Virus record (IMG/VR): IMGVR_UViG_3300038317_000170
Coordinates: 1-27,458 of that record
DNA length: 27,458 bases
From: a virus
Lineage: Duplodnaviria > Caudoviricetes
Direction: 5' to 3' (one strand)
The position numbers and the translations under genes were made by a program. Each line of letters starts with the position of its first letter. Position 1 is the first letter of the stretch. Under the pieces are notes generated by a model. It did no database searches and had not been told where the DNA came from. It saw nothing but the letters and a program-made list of their open reading frames with translations. Shown here piece by piece: positions 15,689 to 25,713 of this stretch.

Positions 15689-17346
15689 CAAATTATATAA
15701 AAGAATATTATTCAAAAATTAAAAATGGAGAAATCATTGTTGGTAAACGAATTAAACAAGTGTATAAAAAACTTGTGTATGAATTAGATCATCCTATTGA
15801 TAACTGGATTTTTGATATTGATTTAGCAACAAAACCTATAATATTTATAGAAACATTTTGTAAAAATAGCAAAGGTCAATGGATGGGTAAACCTGTCCAA
15901 CTTTTATTATGGCAAAAAGCAATATTGCAAGCAATTTTCGGTTTCGTAGATAAAGATACTAAATTGCTTAGAGTCAAAGAAGTATTTACCACTTGTGGAA
16001 GGAAGAATGGTAAGTCAACCATGCTCTCAGGATTAGGACTTTTTGGTATGTGTGCCGAGAATGGCGCTCAGGTATTATGTAGTGCAAATAAATATCAACA
16101 AGCTAAAATCATTTTCGATGAAGCAAGAAATATGGTGTTACAGTCACCAGAATTAAGTAGTTTGATTCGTAAACGAAAAACAGATATGTATATGGATTTA
16201 AACTTTAGCTCTATGTTTCCTTTGTCAAAAAATAGTCGATTAGCAGATGGACTAAATTGTAGTTTAGCATTGGTTGATGAGGTTCACGAAAATACAGATC
16301 GTTATGCCTATGATGTTATTAAACAATCTCAATCGGCAAGGCAACAACCTTTAATATTTACCATTAGCACGGCAGGATTTGTCAGGGAAGGTTTATATGA
16401 TATTCTACATGATTATGGATGCAATTTATTAGATGGGAAATTGGACGGTAAAGCGCCTTATGGAGCGTTTTTACCGTTTTTTTATGAATTAGATGATCCG
16501 ACAGAAATAAATAAACCTGATATGTGGATTAAAGCAAACCCATCATTAAAAATTATTAAATCTTTTGATGAACTAAAAGCGAATGTAGAAAGAGCAAAAG
16601 TTGATTCTACATTTTTACCAACATTAAAAACTAAAGATTTTGATATTCCTGAAAATATTTCGGGGAGTTGGTTGACGTATGAGGAACTAAATAATGAAAA
16701 CACTTTTGATATTGCTGATTTTAAAGGAAGTTATGCAATTGGTGGTGTGGATTTATCAGAAACAAATGATTTAACTTGTGCAACTATCTTAATGATGCAT
16801 GATAATGATGATACAAAATATGTATTACAGCATTATTTTATCCCTTCTGATATAGCGGAAAAAAAGATTAAAGAAGATAAGATGCACTATGATGATTGGC
16901 AGAAAAAAGGTTTTGTTACTTATTGTAAAGGTTTAAAAATAGATTATTCGGACGTTACAGCATGGTTCGAAAAGATAGTCAAAGAATATAAAATAATTCC
17001 ATATTGGATTTATTATGATAGATGGAATAGTTTGTATTGGTTTAAGGAAATGTCGCAAAAGGGTTTTCAAATGAAAACTTGTGGACAAGGTTTTAAAGAT
17101 GTTTCTCCAACAATGAAAGCTATGGCTGTTGATTTCCAGTCTCATTTAATTAATTATAATAATAATCCTGTTACAAAGTGGTGTTTGAGTAATACTGCTG
17201 TTAAAACAGATCCAGCAGGAAATATAAAATTCGATAAATCAAAGAATCGTAAGCTTCGGATAGATGGCACTGCAAGCTTGTATGATGCTTACTTTGGATT
17301 AATGGATAACTTTTTAAATTATAAGAAATTAATTAAAGGACGATAA
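15685..17346 (+). CDS. terL: Terminase large subunit (cos type)
   Basis: Walker A GRKNGKS, Walker B LVDEVHE, ISTAG, nuclease GVDLS and RIDG. Confidence 0.97.
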   Translation: MTNYIKEYYSKIKNGEIIVGKRIKQVYKKLVYELDHPIDNWIFDIDLATKPIIFIETFCKNSKGQWMGKPVQLLLWQKAILQAIFGFVDKDTKLLRVKEVFTTCGRKNGKSTMLSGLGLFGMCAENGAQVLCSANKYQQAKIIFDEARNMVLQSPELSSLIRKRKTDMYMDLNFSSMFPLSKNSRLADGLNCSLALVDEVHENTDRYAYDVIKQSQSARQQPLIFTISTAGFVREGLYDILHDYGCNLLDGKLDGKAPYGAFLPFFYELDDPTEINKPDMWIKANPSLKIIKSFDELKANVERAKVDSTFLPTLKTKDFDIPENISGSWLTYEELNNENTFDIADFKGSYAIGGVDLSETNDLTCATILMMHDNDDTKYVLQHYFIPSDIAEKKIKEDKMHYDDWQKKGFVTYCKGLKIDYSDVTAWFEKIVKEYKIIPYWIYYDRWNSLYWFKEMSQKGFQMKTCGQGFKDVSPTMKAMAVDFQSHLINYNNNPVTKWCLSNTAVKTDPAGNIKFDKSKNRKLRIDGTASLYDAYFGLMDNFLNYKKLIKGR

Positions 17347-17356
17347 GTGAAAGTAG

Positions 17357-18610
17357 GTGAGAAGTATAAAACTACAAAAACGAAGTTTTCTTGATAGGAT
17401 ATTTGGCAAACAATTGCAAAACATTAAACCGCAATTATTTTCTGTGCAAATGTTGTCAGGATATAATAATAAAATTATGTCATTTAATTCTGATATTTAT
17501 AATGATGATACGGTAAGATCTTGTGTTGATACAATTGCAAGACACTTTGCAAAAATGAAAGCAGAACATAGGTTGAAAAACATTCAAACAAATTCACAAC
17601 TAAATAAATTACTAAGTTTAAGACCAAATCCTGATATGAGTTCTTATGATTTTTTATATAAACTCGTTACAGCATTGGAATTAGATAATAATGCTTATGT
17701 TTATATTAAGCGTGATAGTCTTGGTAATGTATTAGCGTTGTATCCTATTCTTTATAATCAAGCAGAATTAAAGGAAAACAAGGCAGGACAGCAATTCCTT
17801 GAATTTACTTTTTTACATGGGCAGAGAGTAAGTGAACCTATTGATAATATTATTGTGCTAAGAAAGCATTTTTACAAGAATGACTTTTTCGGTGAAAGTA
17901 ATATTAAACCTCTTAACCCTGCTTTAAGTTTGTTGTCAACTATAAGACAAGGAATAGAAAATGCTATTAAAAACTCTGCAGTTATTCGTGGCATTTTACA
18001 AGCAACGGGTATGTTAAATGATGAGGATATCAGTAAAAAGCGAGATAATTTTAAAGGGCAGTTTTTGGATTCTACAAATAATGGAGGAATAATTGTCTCT
18101 GATTCAACCGACCAATTTACTCCATTAGAGATGAAACCAACATTAGTTGATGATAAACAAATGTCATTGGCTCAGCAAAAAATATATAATTATTTTGGTG
18201 TAAGTGAGTCAATTGTTAAAGGTACATATTCTGATGCGGAATGGAACGCTTTTTACGAGGGTATTTTAGAACCATTAGCAATTATGTTTCAGCAAGAATT
18301 TACACAAAAGATATTTAGTCAGCGTGAAATTGATTTTGGGAATACAGTTAATTTTGTTGCGGATAAATTAGCATATCTAAATATTGATTCTAAACAAAAG
18401 TTGTTTCAGTGTGTCAAGGAGTTAGGCGTTGCAAATAAAGGAACAATTTGTGAAATCTTTAATTTACCGCTGCCGCCTGATCCAGAAGTATATTTACAAT
18501 CCCTTAATTATATTGATAGAGGTATTGTAAATGATTATCAGCTTGGAACAAAACAAATAACAGAAGAAGGGAATGGTGATAACAGCAATGAGCAAAACAC
18601 AACTACCTAA
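17357..18610 (+). CDS. HK97-family portal protein (true start may be ATA at 17366)
   Basis: VRSCVDTIARHFAKM, LSLRPNPDMSSYDF, NNAYVY, IYNYFGVS; position after terL. Confidence 0.95.
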   Translation: MRSIKLQKRSFLDRIFGKQLQNIKPQLFSVQMLSGYNNKIMSFNSDIYNDDTVRSCVDTIARHFAKMKAEHRLKNIQTNSQLNKLLSLRPNPDMSSYDFLYKLVTALELDNNAYVYIKRDSLGNVLALYPILYNQAELKENKAGQQFLEFTFLHGQRVSEPIDNIIVLRKHFYKNDFFGESNIKPLNPALSLLSTIRQGIENAIKNSAVIRGILQATGMLNDEDISKKRDNFKGQFLDSTNNGGIIVSDSTDQFTPLEMKPTLVDDKQMSLAQQKIYNYFGVSESIVKGTYSDAEWNAFYEGILEPLAIMFQQEFTQKIFSQREIDFGNTVNFVADKLAYLNIDSKQKLFQCVKELGVANKGTICEIFNLPLPPDPEVYLQSLNYIDRGIVNDYQLGTKQITEEGNGDNSNEQNTTT

Positions 18611-19241
18611 AGCAGGAATCAAAGAATATCGTGCTTTTAATATTCCAGATTTAGCAGTAGAACCAGAGAGTAATATATTACAAGGTCATGCTGCTGTATT
18701 TGGTCAAACTACTAATATTGGTGATATGTTTGATGAAGTTATCGAGCGAGGGGCGTTTAATAAGACTGATTTTACAGATGTTCTTTTTAGTATAAATCAT
18801 GATTTGGATAAAATTCCATTAGCGAGAAGTCGAAATAATAATGCTAACAGTACATTACAACTTACAGTTGACGATATTGGTCTTTCTATAAGAGCATCTC
18901 TTGATGTTGAAAATAACAATGAAGCTAAAGCATTGTATTCCTCTATTAAACGTGGGGATATCAATGGAATGAGCTTCATTTTTTATGTTCGTGGCGAGGA
19001 ATGGGAAGGCTTAGACACTGACAAACCTATTCGCCATATTACTGATATTGCAAAAGTAATAGAAACAAGTGCAGTGTCATTTCCAGCTTATGATGGTACA
19101 GATATTTCTGCCCGTTCTTCTGATGAACTGGATAGTTTAAAGAAGACACTGGATAGTGTAAAGGCTGAATATATAGAAAAACAGAATGCTAATACTTTAG
19201 AGCAAAAAAGAAAAGCACTAATTCTAAAAACACTATATTAA
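18588..19241 (+). CDS. HK97-family prohead protease
   Basis: GHAAVF, EVIERGAF, NHD, GMSFIF, ETSAVSFPAY; ATG at 18588 after GGTGA. Confidence 0.95.
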   Translation: MSKTQLPKAGIKEYRAFNIPDLAVEPESNILQGHAAVFGQTTNIGDMFDEVIERGAFNKTDFTDVLFSINHDLDKIPLARSRNNNANSTLQLTVDDIGLSIRASLDVENNNEAKALYSSIKRGDINGMSFIFYVRGEEWEGLDTDKPIRHITDIAKVIETSAVSFPAYDGTDISARSSDELDSLKKTLDSVKAEYIEKQNANTLEQKRKALILKTLY

Positions 19242-19263
19242 TATTAAAAGGAGAAAAAATAAA

Positions 19264-20418
19264 ATGAATAAATTAACAGAAAGAATGTTTGAAATTAACA
19301 ACCGTAAAGCTGAAATTCGTTCTGATATCGAAAATAAAAAAGAAGGTATTGATCTTAATGCTCTTGAAACAGAGCTTAATAGTCTTAATACAGAATTTTC
19401 GGATATTGAAAAGCGTATGAAATTAACCGACTCTATTAAAATTGAAAAACCAGATGAAAAGGAGAATGATAATATGGAAAATAGAACAAATAAAGATAAA
19501 GAAATTGCAGAACAGAGGGGTAAGGACTTAAAAGAAATGCGTTCTGTAAAAATAGGCACTTCCGATTTTATCGTACCTAAATATACATCTTCAGATGTTA
19601 AGCAAACTTTTAATCCAGTATCAAGTATTGTTGATGCTGTAACAGTTAAACCACTTGTTGGCGGTGAAAGTTACGAGCAAGCCTATGTAGACTCTTACGG
19701 CGAAGGTGAATATTCAACTACAGGTGGGGATTATACCGACACCGAAACAGTTTTTAAATATGCTTCCATTGCTAAAACAAAAATTACAGCATATCAGGAA
19801 GAACCAGAAGAAATCAGTAAACTTTCTAATATTGATTATGATGCTGAAATTTCTAACGGTGTAAGAACTGCACTTCGTAAGAAACTTGCAAAACAGATTC
19901 TTGTAGGTGATGGTGCTGCTGGTCATGTTACTGGTATTTTCTCTGATAAGGCTACTGCTATTGATACTACAACCGATTTAAAAATATCCAATATCGACGA
20001 AAATACACTTGATGATATTATTTTCTCTTATGGTGGTGACGAAAACGTTGAAGACGGTGCTGTATTGATTATCAATCGTAAAGATTTAAAAGCATTTGCA
20101 AAGGTTAAAGGTGCAGACAAGCGCAGAGCTTACGATATTGTTTTAAATGGTAATACAGGTACAATTAATAGTATTCCATTTATTATTAGTTCTGCTTGCG
20201 GTGTGCTTTCTGATTCTGCTGCAACAGCTGATACATATTGCATGGCATATGGTAGTTTGTCAAATTATATGTTGACTATTTTTAGTGATATTGATATCCA
20301 GCGTTCTACTGATTATAAATTTAAACAGGGTATGATTTGCCATAAGGGTAATATATTTGTTGGCGGTAACGTAGTTGCAAAGAATGGTTTTATCCGTGTT
20401 AAAAAAGTTGCTGCTTAA
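19264..20418 (+). CDS. HK97-fold major capsid protein with N-terminal delta domain
   Basis: Coiled-coil N-terminus, ILVGDG..GIF, position after protease. Confidence 0.95.
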   Translation: MNKLTERMFEINNRKAEIRSDIENKKEGIDLNALETELNSLNTEFSDIEKRMKLTDSIKIEKPDEKENDNMENRTNKDKEIAEQRGKDLKEMRSVKIGTSDFIVPKYTSSDVKQTFNPVSSIVDAVTVKPLVGGESYEQAYVDSYGEGEYSTTGGDYTDTETVFKYASIAKTKITAYQEEPEEISKLSNIDYDAEISNGVRTALRKKLAKQILVGDGAAGHVTGIFSDKATAIDTTTDLKISNIDENTLDDIIFSYGGDENVEDGAVLIINRKDLKAFAKVKGADKRRAYDIVLNGNTGTINSIPFIISSACGVLSDSAATADTYCMAYGSLSNYMLTIFSDIDIQRSTDYKFKQGMICHKGNIFVGGNVVAKNGFIRVKKVAA

Positions 20419-20432
20419 TTTGGTGATAAGGA

Positions 20433-20765
20433 ATGAATGATTTACTTCATAGAATTAAGAGTGATTTAAGGATATCAGATGATAATATAGATTTTGATGA
20501 TGAGATAACTGATTTGATTGAGCAAGCAATTGCAGACTTGAGGGCTTCCGGTATAAAGTCGGAAGCCCTTGCTGATATTAAGGATATTATTATTGGCATT
20601 GATGGGGTGGATGGCAACATTCGCCGTGCAATTATATTATATTGTAAAGCATTTTTCGGTTTAGAGAATCCTGATAAGGATTGGTATTTACAACACTATT
20701 TTAATAAAAAAGCAGAATTGCTTAATCAGCGAACACAGTATAATGCAGGTGATTCAAATGTTTAA
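20433..20765 (+). CDS. Head-tail connector (gp6-like)
   Basis: IKSDLRI..DDEITDLIEQAIADL..AIILYCKAFFG. Confidence 0.85.
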   Translation: MNDLLHRIKSDLRISDDNIDFDDEITDLIEQAIADLRASGIKSEALADIKDIIIGIDGVDGNIRRAIILYCKAFFGLENPDKDWYLQHYFNKKAELLNQRTQYNAGDSNV

Positions 20766-21075
20766 TAAAACTTTAGAATTAATTGATGTTACATATTCAG
20801 AAGATGATATTGGACAACAAATAGAGACACCTACATATAGAAAAGTATATGCTTCATCAAAGTCAGTTCCACAATCAGAATTTTTTGCTGCTGGTCAATC
20901 AGATATTAAACCTTCTGCTTGCTTTATTGTTAGAACTGGTGAATATAGAGAAGAAAGAAAGTTAAGATATCCTACTGGTGACAGTGGAAAAATATATACG
21001 ATTTATCGAACCTATAACCGGACAAATGAGATGATAGAACTTTATTGTGAACAGAGAGTAGGTGATAATCAATGA
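20758..21075 (+). CDS. Head closure/head-tail adaptor
   Basis: DDIGQQ..RKVYA..SVPQSEFFAAGQ..ELYCE; ATG at 20758 after AGGTGA. Confidence 0.85.
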   Translation: MFNKTLELIDVTYSEDDIGQQIETPTYRKVYASSKSVPQSEFFAAGQSDIKPSACFIVRTGEYREERKLRYPTGDSGKIYTIYRTYNRTNEMIELYCEQRVGDNQ

Positions 21076-21473
21076 GTACAAAATGTGATTATTCTAATTT
21101 TGCCGAAACTATTGCAAACAGTTTACAAGAATTTTCAGACGAAAAAATGAGAGAAGTAAAAGAAGTAATTACTCAAAAAGCAAAGGAATTAGCAGATAAT
21201 ATTTCAAAAGATTCCCCAAAAAGAAATAAAAAAGTAGGAAATAGGATTTTAAATCGTTACTCTAAAGGTTGGAAAGCAGATAAGGAATATGAAAATAATT
21301 TAAATATTAGTTATGTTGTCCATAATAAGTCCGATCCACAATTGACTCATCTTTTGGAAAATGGTTTTGCTACACGAGACGGAGGTAGAGTAGAAGGTCA
21401 TCCTCATATTGAACCTAACTGTGAGAAAATAGAACAGGAAATAGAGCAAGAAATTGAAAAGAAGGCAAATTAA
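21072..21473 (+). CDS. HK97 gp10-like neck/tail completion protein
   Basis: SPKR..YSKGW..LTHLLENG..GGRVEGHPHI. Confidence 0.85.
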   Translation: MSTKCDYSNFAETIANSLQEFSDEKMREVKEVITQKAKELADNISKDSPKRNKKVGNRILNRYSKGWKADKEYENNLNISYVVHNKSDPQLTHLLENGFATRDGGRVEGHPHIEPNCEKIEQEIEQEIEKKAN

Positions 21474-21474
21474 T

Positions 21475-21798
21475 ATGTCAATACAAGAATTATATACTTT
21501 ACTTAAATCTATCAAATTGCCTGTTGTATATCACAGTTTTAAAGCATCTGGTGAGAAAGTAAAACAACCGCCATATATCATTTATTTTGCAACAAAGAGT
21601 AATAATACTGGTGCTGACAATAAGGTCTATTTTAAAAGAAACAATTTCACAATAGAATTATATACTGAAAAAAAAGATAATAAATTGGAACAAAAGTTAG
21701 AGGGTGCGCTTGATAGTGCATCCATTTTTTATGACAAAATAGAAAATTATCTTGATACGGAATCAATGTATCAAATATCATATCAAATTGAAATTTAA
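21475..21798 (+). CDS. Tail terminator/completion protein
   Basis: LPVVYHSF..PPYIIY..ADNKVY..IELYT..K..LEQKLE; ATG at 21475. Confidence 0.8.
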   Translation: MSIQELYTLLKSIKLPVVYHSFKASGEKVKQPPYIIYFATKSNNTGADNKVYFKRNNFTIELYTEKKDNKLEQKLEGALDSASIFYDKIENYLDTESMYQISYQIEI

Positions 21799-21815
21799 AA
21801 AGGAGTGTTAATATT

Positions 21816-22397
21816 ATGGCAGAAACAACAAAAAATAAAGTTAAATACGGATTAGAGAACGTTTACTATGCTAAATTAACAGGGGAAACATATGCAATAC
21901 CAGTTCCTATTGAAGGAGCAGTATCCATAAGTTTAAAAGCCAGTGGAGATACAGCACCTGTTTATGCTGATAATGTCGAATATTTTAGTTTTGAAACAAA
22001 TAACGGTTATGATGGTTCAATTGAATTTGTGTTAATACCAGATGATTTTAAAACTGATATTTTGGGTGAAGTCGTTGACAAAAATGGTGTAACCAGCGAA
22101 AGTTCAGACGCAAAAGTCAGTGAATTTGCTCTTTTATTCCAATTTAAAGGTGATTTGGCAGAAAAACGTCATGTTTTATACAGATGTAAATGTACTCGAC
22201 CAAACATTGAGTCAGAAACGGTTAAAGAGAAAACAGAAAATAAAAATGAATCACTTGATATTAAGTGTCGCCCAGTCATTTCTGGTGTTTTAAAGCACCA
22301 AATTAAAGCAAATGTAAGTAATACTGCCGAACAAAAGGCAATTTATGATGCTTGGTTTACCAAAGTTTACGATGGCACTGTAATAGCAAGTGAATAA
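21816..22397 (+). CDS. Major tail (tube) protein, phi13 family-like
   Basis: NKVKYGLENVYYA..GAVSISL..YADN..NNGYDG..FALLFQFKGD..RHVLY. Confidence 0.92.
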   Translation: MAETTKNKVKYGLENVYYAKLTGETYAIPVPIEGAVSISLKASGDTAPVYADNVEYFSFETNNGYDGSIEFVLIPDDFKTDILGEVVDKNGVTSESSDAKVSEFALLFQFKGDLAEKRHVLYRCKCTRPNIESETVKEKTENKNESLDIKCRPVISGVLKHQIKANVSNTAEQKAIYDAWFTKVYDGTVIASE

Positions 22398-22434
22398 TTA
22401 ATTTTATAAAATAATAAGGGGATATAAAATATAT

Positions 22435-22824
22435 ATGGAAAAGACAATTAAGATTGATGGGAAGAATGTTACTTTTAAGGCTACAGGCGGTATTATGTAT
22501 CGTTATAAGAATCAATTTGGACGTGAATACTTGGCTGATGCTATGAAAATGCAAAATTTTGCTGACAGTAAAACTAAGAAAAAGATTAAAACAGCAGATG
22601 GAAAAATTACATTTGTTGATGATTATGACTATACAAAATTAAACCTTGAATTGGCTTATAATCTTGCATGGACATTAGCAAAAACTGCTGATCCATCAAT
22701 TCCTGATCCTCAAACTTGGCTTGACAGTTTTAATACATTTCCTATTATGGAAATTATTCCACAATTAAATGAATTACTTGGAGTATCTTCTCAATCAAAT
22801 ATAAAGGCAACATCAAAAAACTAA
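22435..22824 (+). CDS. Tail assembly chaperone (gpG-like)
   Basis: MEKTIKIDGKNVTFKAT..YKNQFGRE..WLDSF; ends in slippery A-AAA-AAC-TAA. Confidence 0.85.
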   Translation: MEKTIKIDGKNVTFKATGGIMYRYKNQFGREYLADAMKMQNFADSKTKKKIKTADGKITFVDDYDYTKLNLELAYNLAWTLAKTADPSIPDPQTWLDSFNTFPIMEIIPQLNELLGVSSQSNIKATSKN

Positions 22825-23051
22825 ATAGCGATGGAGAATCCGAAGGCGAAAGTCCTATGACCGCAGCAGAATTTTTACTTGCTTGTAAAGTAAGAGGTTT
22901 GTCCATCGCAGACATTGACGAATTGAATTTAGGCATGATTATTGATTACATTTATGATTATGATGATATTAATAATATTCCAGAAAATAAAGAAAATCAG
23001 CATGATAGCAATGTTATTATGGCTACACAGGTTGATTTTGATAAGTTTTAA
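22821..23051 (+). CDS. Tail chaperone gpT-like segment, reached by -1 frameshift
   Basis: -1 frame open from the slippery heptamer 22815-22821; GLSIADIDELNLGMIIDY..ATQVDFDKF. Confidence 0.75.
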   Translation, partial: LNSDGESEGESPMTAAEFLLACKVRGLSIADIDELNLGMIIDYIYDYDDINNIPENKENQHDSNVIMATQVDFDKF

Positions 23052-23057
23052 TATTAC

Positions 23058-23106
23058 ATAGCTTTGTAGAGTTGATAAGCTTCAACTTTATAAAGCTATT
23101 TTTTTT
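23058..23106 (+). terminator. Long intrinsic terminator/attenuator upstream of tape measure
   Basis: 18-bp stem 23058-23075/23082-23099 followed by a T run. Confidence 0.7.
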
Positions 23107-23127
23107 ATAAAAAAGAGGTGAGATAAA

Positions 23128-25500
23128 ATAGCAAATAAAGGTATAAAGGGTATTACATATGAAATAGGTGGTAATGCAGTAGGATTAGATAAAGCTTTAA
23201 AAGAAGTTAATTCCAAAACAAAAGACCTTGGTTCTGAACTTGGCAAAGTTAACCGACTTTTAAAACTCGATCCTAATAACATTACTTTAACTAAGCAAAA
23301 AGAAGAACTCTTGAAACATTCTATTGAAGAAACAAAAAACAAATTAGATACTTTAAAAGATGCTCAATCTCAAGTTAATCAGCAGTTCAAAAAGGGAGAT
23401 ATTGGAGCTGAACAATATAGGGCGTTTCAACGTGAATTGGAATCAACTAAGAGTAAACTATCTGGTTTGAAAGAACAAAAAAGTTCTGTTTCTGTTATTG
23501 GTACTGCGTTTGATGGTGTTAAGCAAAAAGCACAAGAGTTAACAAGTAAGTTTGCACCTGTAATAGCCGGATTAAAACAAGTTGGTTCTGCGGCTGCTTC
23601 AATTACTGGAGTAGGTGTATCAACTGTTAAAACAGCGGTGGAAGGTGCTGGCAAAGGCTTAGTTGCATATACGACAACAGCGGCAGCAGCAGGAACGGCA
23701 ATGACAGGATTAGCAGTTAAAGCCGCATCATCCGCTGATGATATTAATACTTTGTCAAAACAGACAGGACTTTCAACCTCTGAAATACAAAAATTCCAAT
23801 ATGCCAGTGATATTATAGATGTTCCGCTTGAAACACTTACAGGCTCAATGGCAAAACTTACTCGTAATATGGCAAGTGCACAAGGTGGAACAGGAGCGGC
23901 TTCAGAAGCGTTTAAAACATTAGGTGTTTCTGTTACTGACCAAAATGGACAGTTAAGAAATAATCAAGATGTTATGAATGAAACTTTCAAAGCTCTCGGT
24001 AAAATTGAAAATAGCACTCAGCGTGATGCCCTTGCTATGCAGATATTTGGAAAATCAGCACAGGATTTAAACCCATTAATTTTAGGTGGTGCTGATGACC
24101 TTAAAAAGTTAGGTGACAGTGCAGAAAAATCAGGATTAATATTATCACAAAAAGCACTTGATAATGTAAATGGCTTTAGAGACAGTTTAGATGTTATGAA
24201 ATCCAGTGCAGGACAAGCTGGTAATATACTTGCTGGAACATTTGCCGGTTCATTGACATCTTCGGTTAATGTTATTAATCAGTTTCTTCCATCTATTACG
24301 GGATCAATTGCTGGTTTATTTAGTGGTCAAAATATGACTGAAACACAGTCAAAATTGACCAGTGATTTAATATCAGGGACAAATCAGATAATTACTGGAT
24401 TTGCAACTCAATTACCAACTTTTTTAAACGGTTTTAATGCGGTTATTATAAGTGGTGTGACAGCCATATCAGCAACTTTGCCGACTGCTATCAATACAAT
24501 TTTGCCTGTTCTAATACAAGGCTTTACAGGCTTAATACAAGGATTATTACCTCAGATACCTGTATTGCTACCAGTAATAATTAATGGTGCTGTAACACTG
24601 TTTATGGGATTATTAAATGGTTTGAATCAAATTGCCCCACAATTGATAGCAATGCTTCCTGTATTGATTCAAAATGTATCTAATACACTCATACAAAATT
24701 TGCCTTTAATTATAACCGCAGGAATTAAACTTCTGAGTAGTTTGATAATTGGTATTACAAATTCCATTCCGCAATTAATACAGGCAACAATTAAATTAAT
24801 TCCTGTTATTACAAAGGCTTTATTAGATAATCTTCCACAATTAATAAATGCCGGTATTCAGTTGATCGTTGCGCTCGCAACCGGATTGCCCCTTGCTATT
24901 CCATCTATAATTAAGGCTTTACCAGAAATTATAAATGCTATTATTACTGGTTTTACTCAAGTTGATTGGGGTAATGTAGGTCTTCAAATTATAACTGGAA
25001 TTGCAGAAGGAATAAAAAATGGTGTATTTGCAATTGGTGATTTAATTAAAGATGCTGCTCATTCATTATTAAAAAGTGTTAAAAATGCAATGGGAATTCA
25101 TTCACCATCTACTTTGTTCCGTGATGAAGTCGGTGAGTATTTGGCTGAAGGCTTGGGTGTTGGCTTCGTAACTGGTATGACAAAAGTTTCAAAACAGATG
25201 CAAAGTGCTATTCCTACAAGCTTTAATTTTGATGTAGGCGCAAATATTAACCGTCAATTTAGCGGATTAAAACCAAATGTAATTAATCAATCATCTTCTG
25301 GATATGCAATGAAAAGCAGTACACCAATTAATTTGAATATAAAATTAGGTGATATTACTGTAAGCGGCAATGCTGATAATAATTCAATAAATAAAATAAA
25401 ACAAATCGCAAAAGATCAAGTTGATGAGCTTAGAAATGAGATAGAACAAAGCTTCAATGATCTTCCACTTTTAGCAACGCAGAAAATTACCAGTTGGTAA
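23128..25500 (+). CDS. Tail tape measure protein (790 aa, ATA start)
   Basis: Frame is open 61 codons upstream of the track start and gives the typical N-terminus (M)ANKGIKGITYEIGG..LLKLDP; SD GAGGTG 7 nt before ATA; Ala/Gly-rich core, LPQLI repeats, GIHSPS motif. Confidence 0.9.
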   Translation: MANKGIKGITYEIGGNAVGLDKALKEVNSKTKDLGSELGKVNRLLKLDPNNITLTKQKEELLKHSIEETKNKLDTLKDAQSQVNQQFKKGDIGAEQYRAFQRELESTKSKLSGLKEQKSSVSVIGTAFDGVKQKAQELTSKFAPVIAGLKQVGSAAASITGVGVSTVKTAVEGAGKGLVAYTTTAAAAGTAMTGLAVKAASSADDINTLSKQTGLSTSEIQKFQYASDIIDVPLETLTGSMAKLTRNMASAQGGTGAASEAFKTLGVSVTDQNGQLRNNQDVMNETFKALGKIENSTQRDALAMQIFGKSAQDLNPLILGGADDLKKLGDSAEKSGLILSQKALDNVNGFRDSLDVMKSSAGQAGNILAGTFAGSLTSSVNVINQFLPSITGSIAGLFSGQNMTETQSKLTSDLISGTNQIITGFATQLPTFLNGFNAVIISGVTAISATLPTAINTILPVLIQGFTGLIQGLLPQIPVLLPVIINGAVTLFMGLLNGLNQIAPQLIAMLPVLIQNVSNTLIQNLPLIITAGIKLLSSLIIGITNSIPQLIQATIKLIPVITKALLDNLPQLINAGIQLIVALATGLPLAIPSIIKALPEIINAIITGFTQVDWGNVGLQIITGIAEGIKNGVFAIGDLIKDAAHSLLKSVKNAMGIHSPSTLFRDEVGEYLAEGLGVGFVTGMTKVSKQMQSAIPTSFNFDVGANINRQFSGLKPNVINQSSSGYAMKSSTPINLNIKLGDITVSGNADNNSINKIKQIAKDQVDELRNEIEQSFNDLPLLATQKITSW

Positions 25501-25514
25501 GAGGTAAATAAATT

Positions 25515-25670
25515 ATGAACAATGACATGAAAAAAATTATTCAAGAAAACTTGATAAAAGCAATTATAAATATTTTGGCAAAGAACAATAATTGCAAGGA
25601 TTGTCCTTTAGCTAAATCTATTGTAGACGAATTACCTAATCAGATATTGCAAGATTTATATAAACGATAA
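25515..25670 (+). CDS. Small hypothetical protein (51 aa, CxxC; not in ORF track)
   Basis: SD GAGGT; MNNDMKKIIQENLIKAIINILAKNNNCKDCPL...LYKR; last gene before the terminator. Confidence 0.6.
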   Translation: MNNDMKKIIQENLIKAIINILAKNNNCKDCPLAKSIVDELPNQILQDLYKR

Positions 25671-25675
25671 TTATT

Positions 25676-25713
25676 GAGTGGCTTAAACAACAGTTTAGGC
25701 TGCTCTTCTTTTT
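25676..25713 (+). terminator. Terminator ending the late operon
   Basis: GAGTGGCTTAAAC/GTTTAGGCTGCTC stem followed by TTCTTTTT. Confidence 0.75.

Noticed and set aside
23311-23313. ORF-track TTG start of the tape measure
   Set aside because: No SD, and the typical N-terminus lies 61 codons upstream in the same open frame
25515-25670. Holin call for the last small ORF
   Set aside because: No clear transmembrane segment; the hydrophobic stretch is interrupted by charged and polar residues
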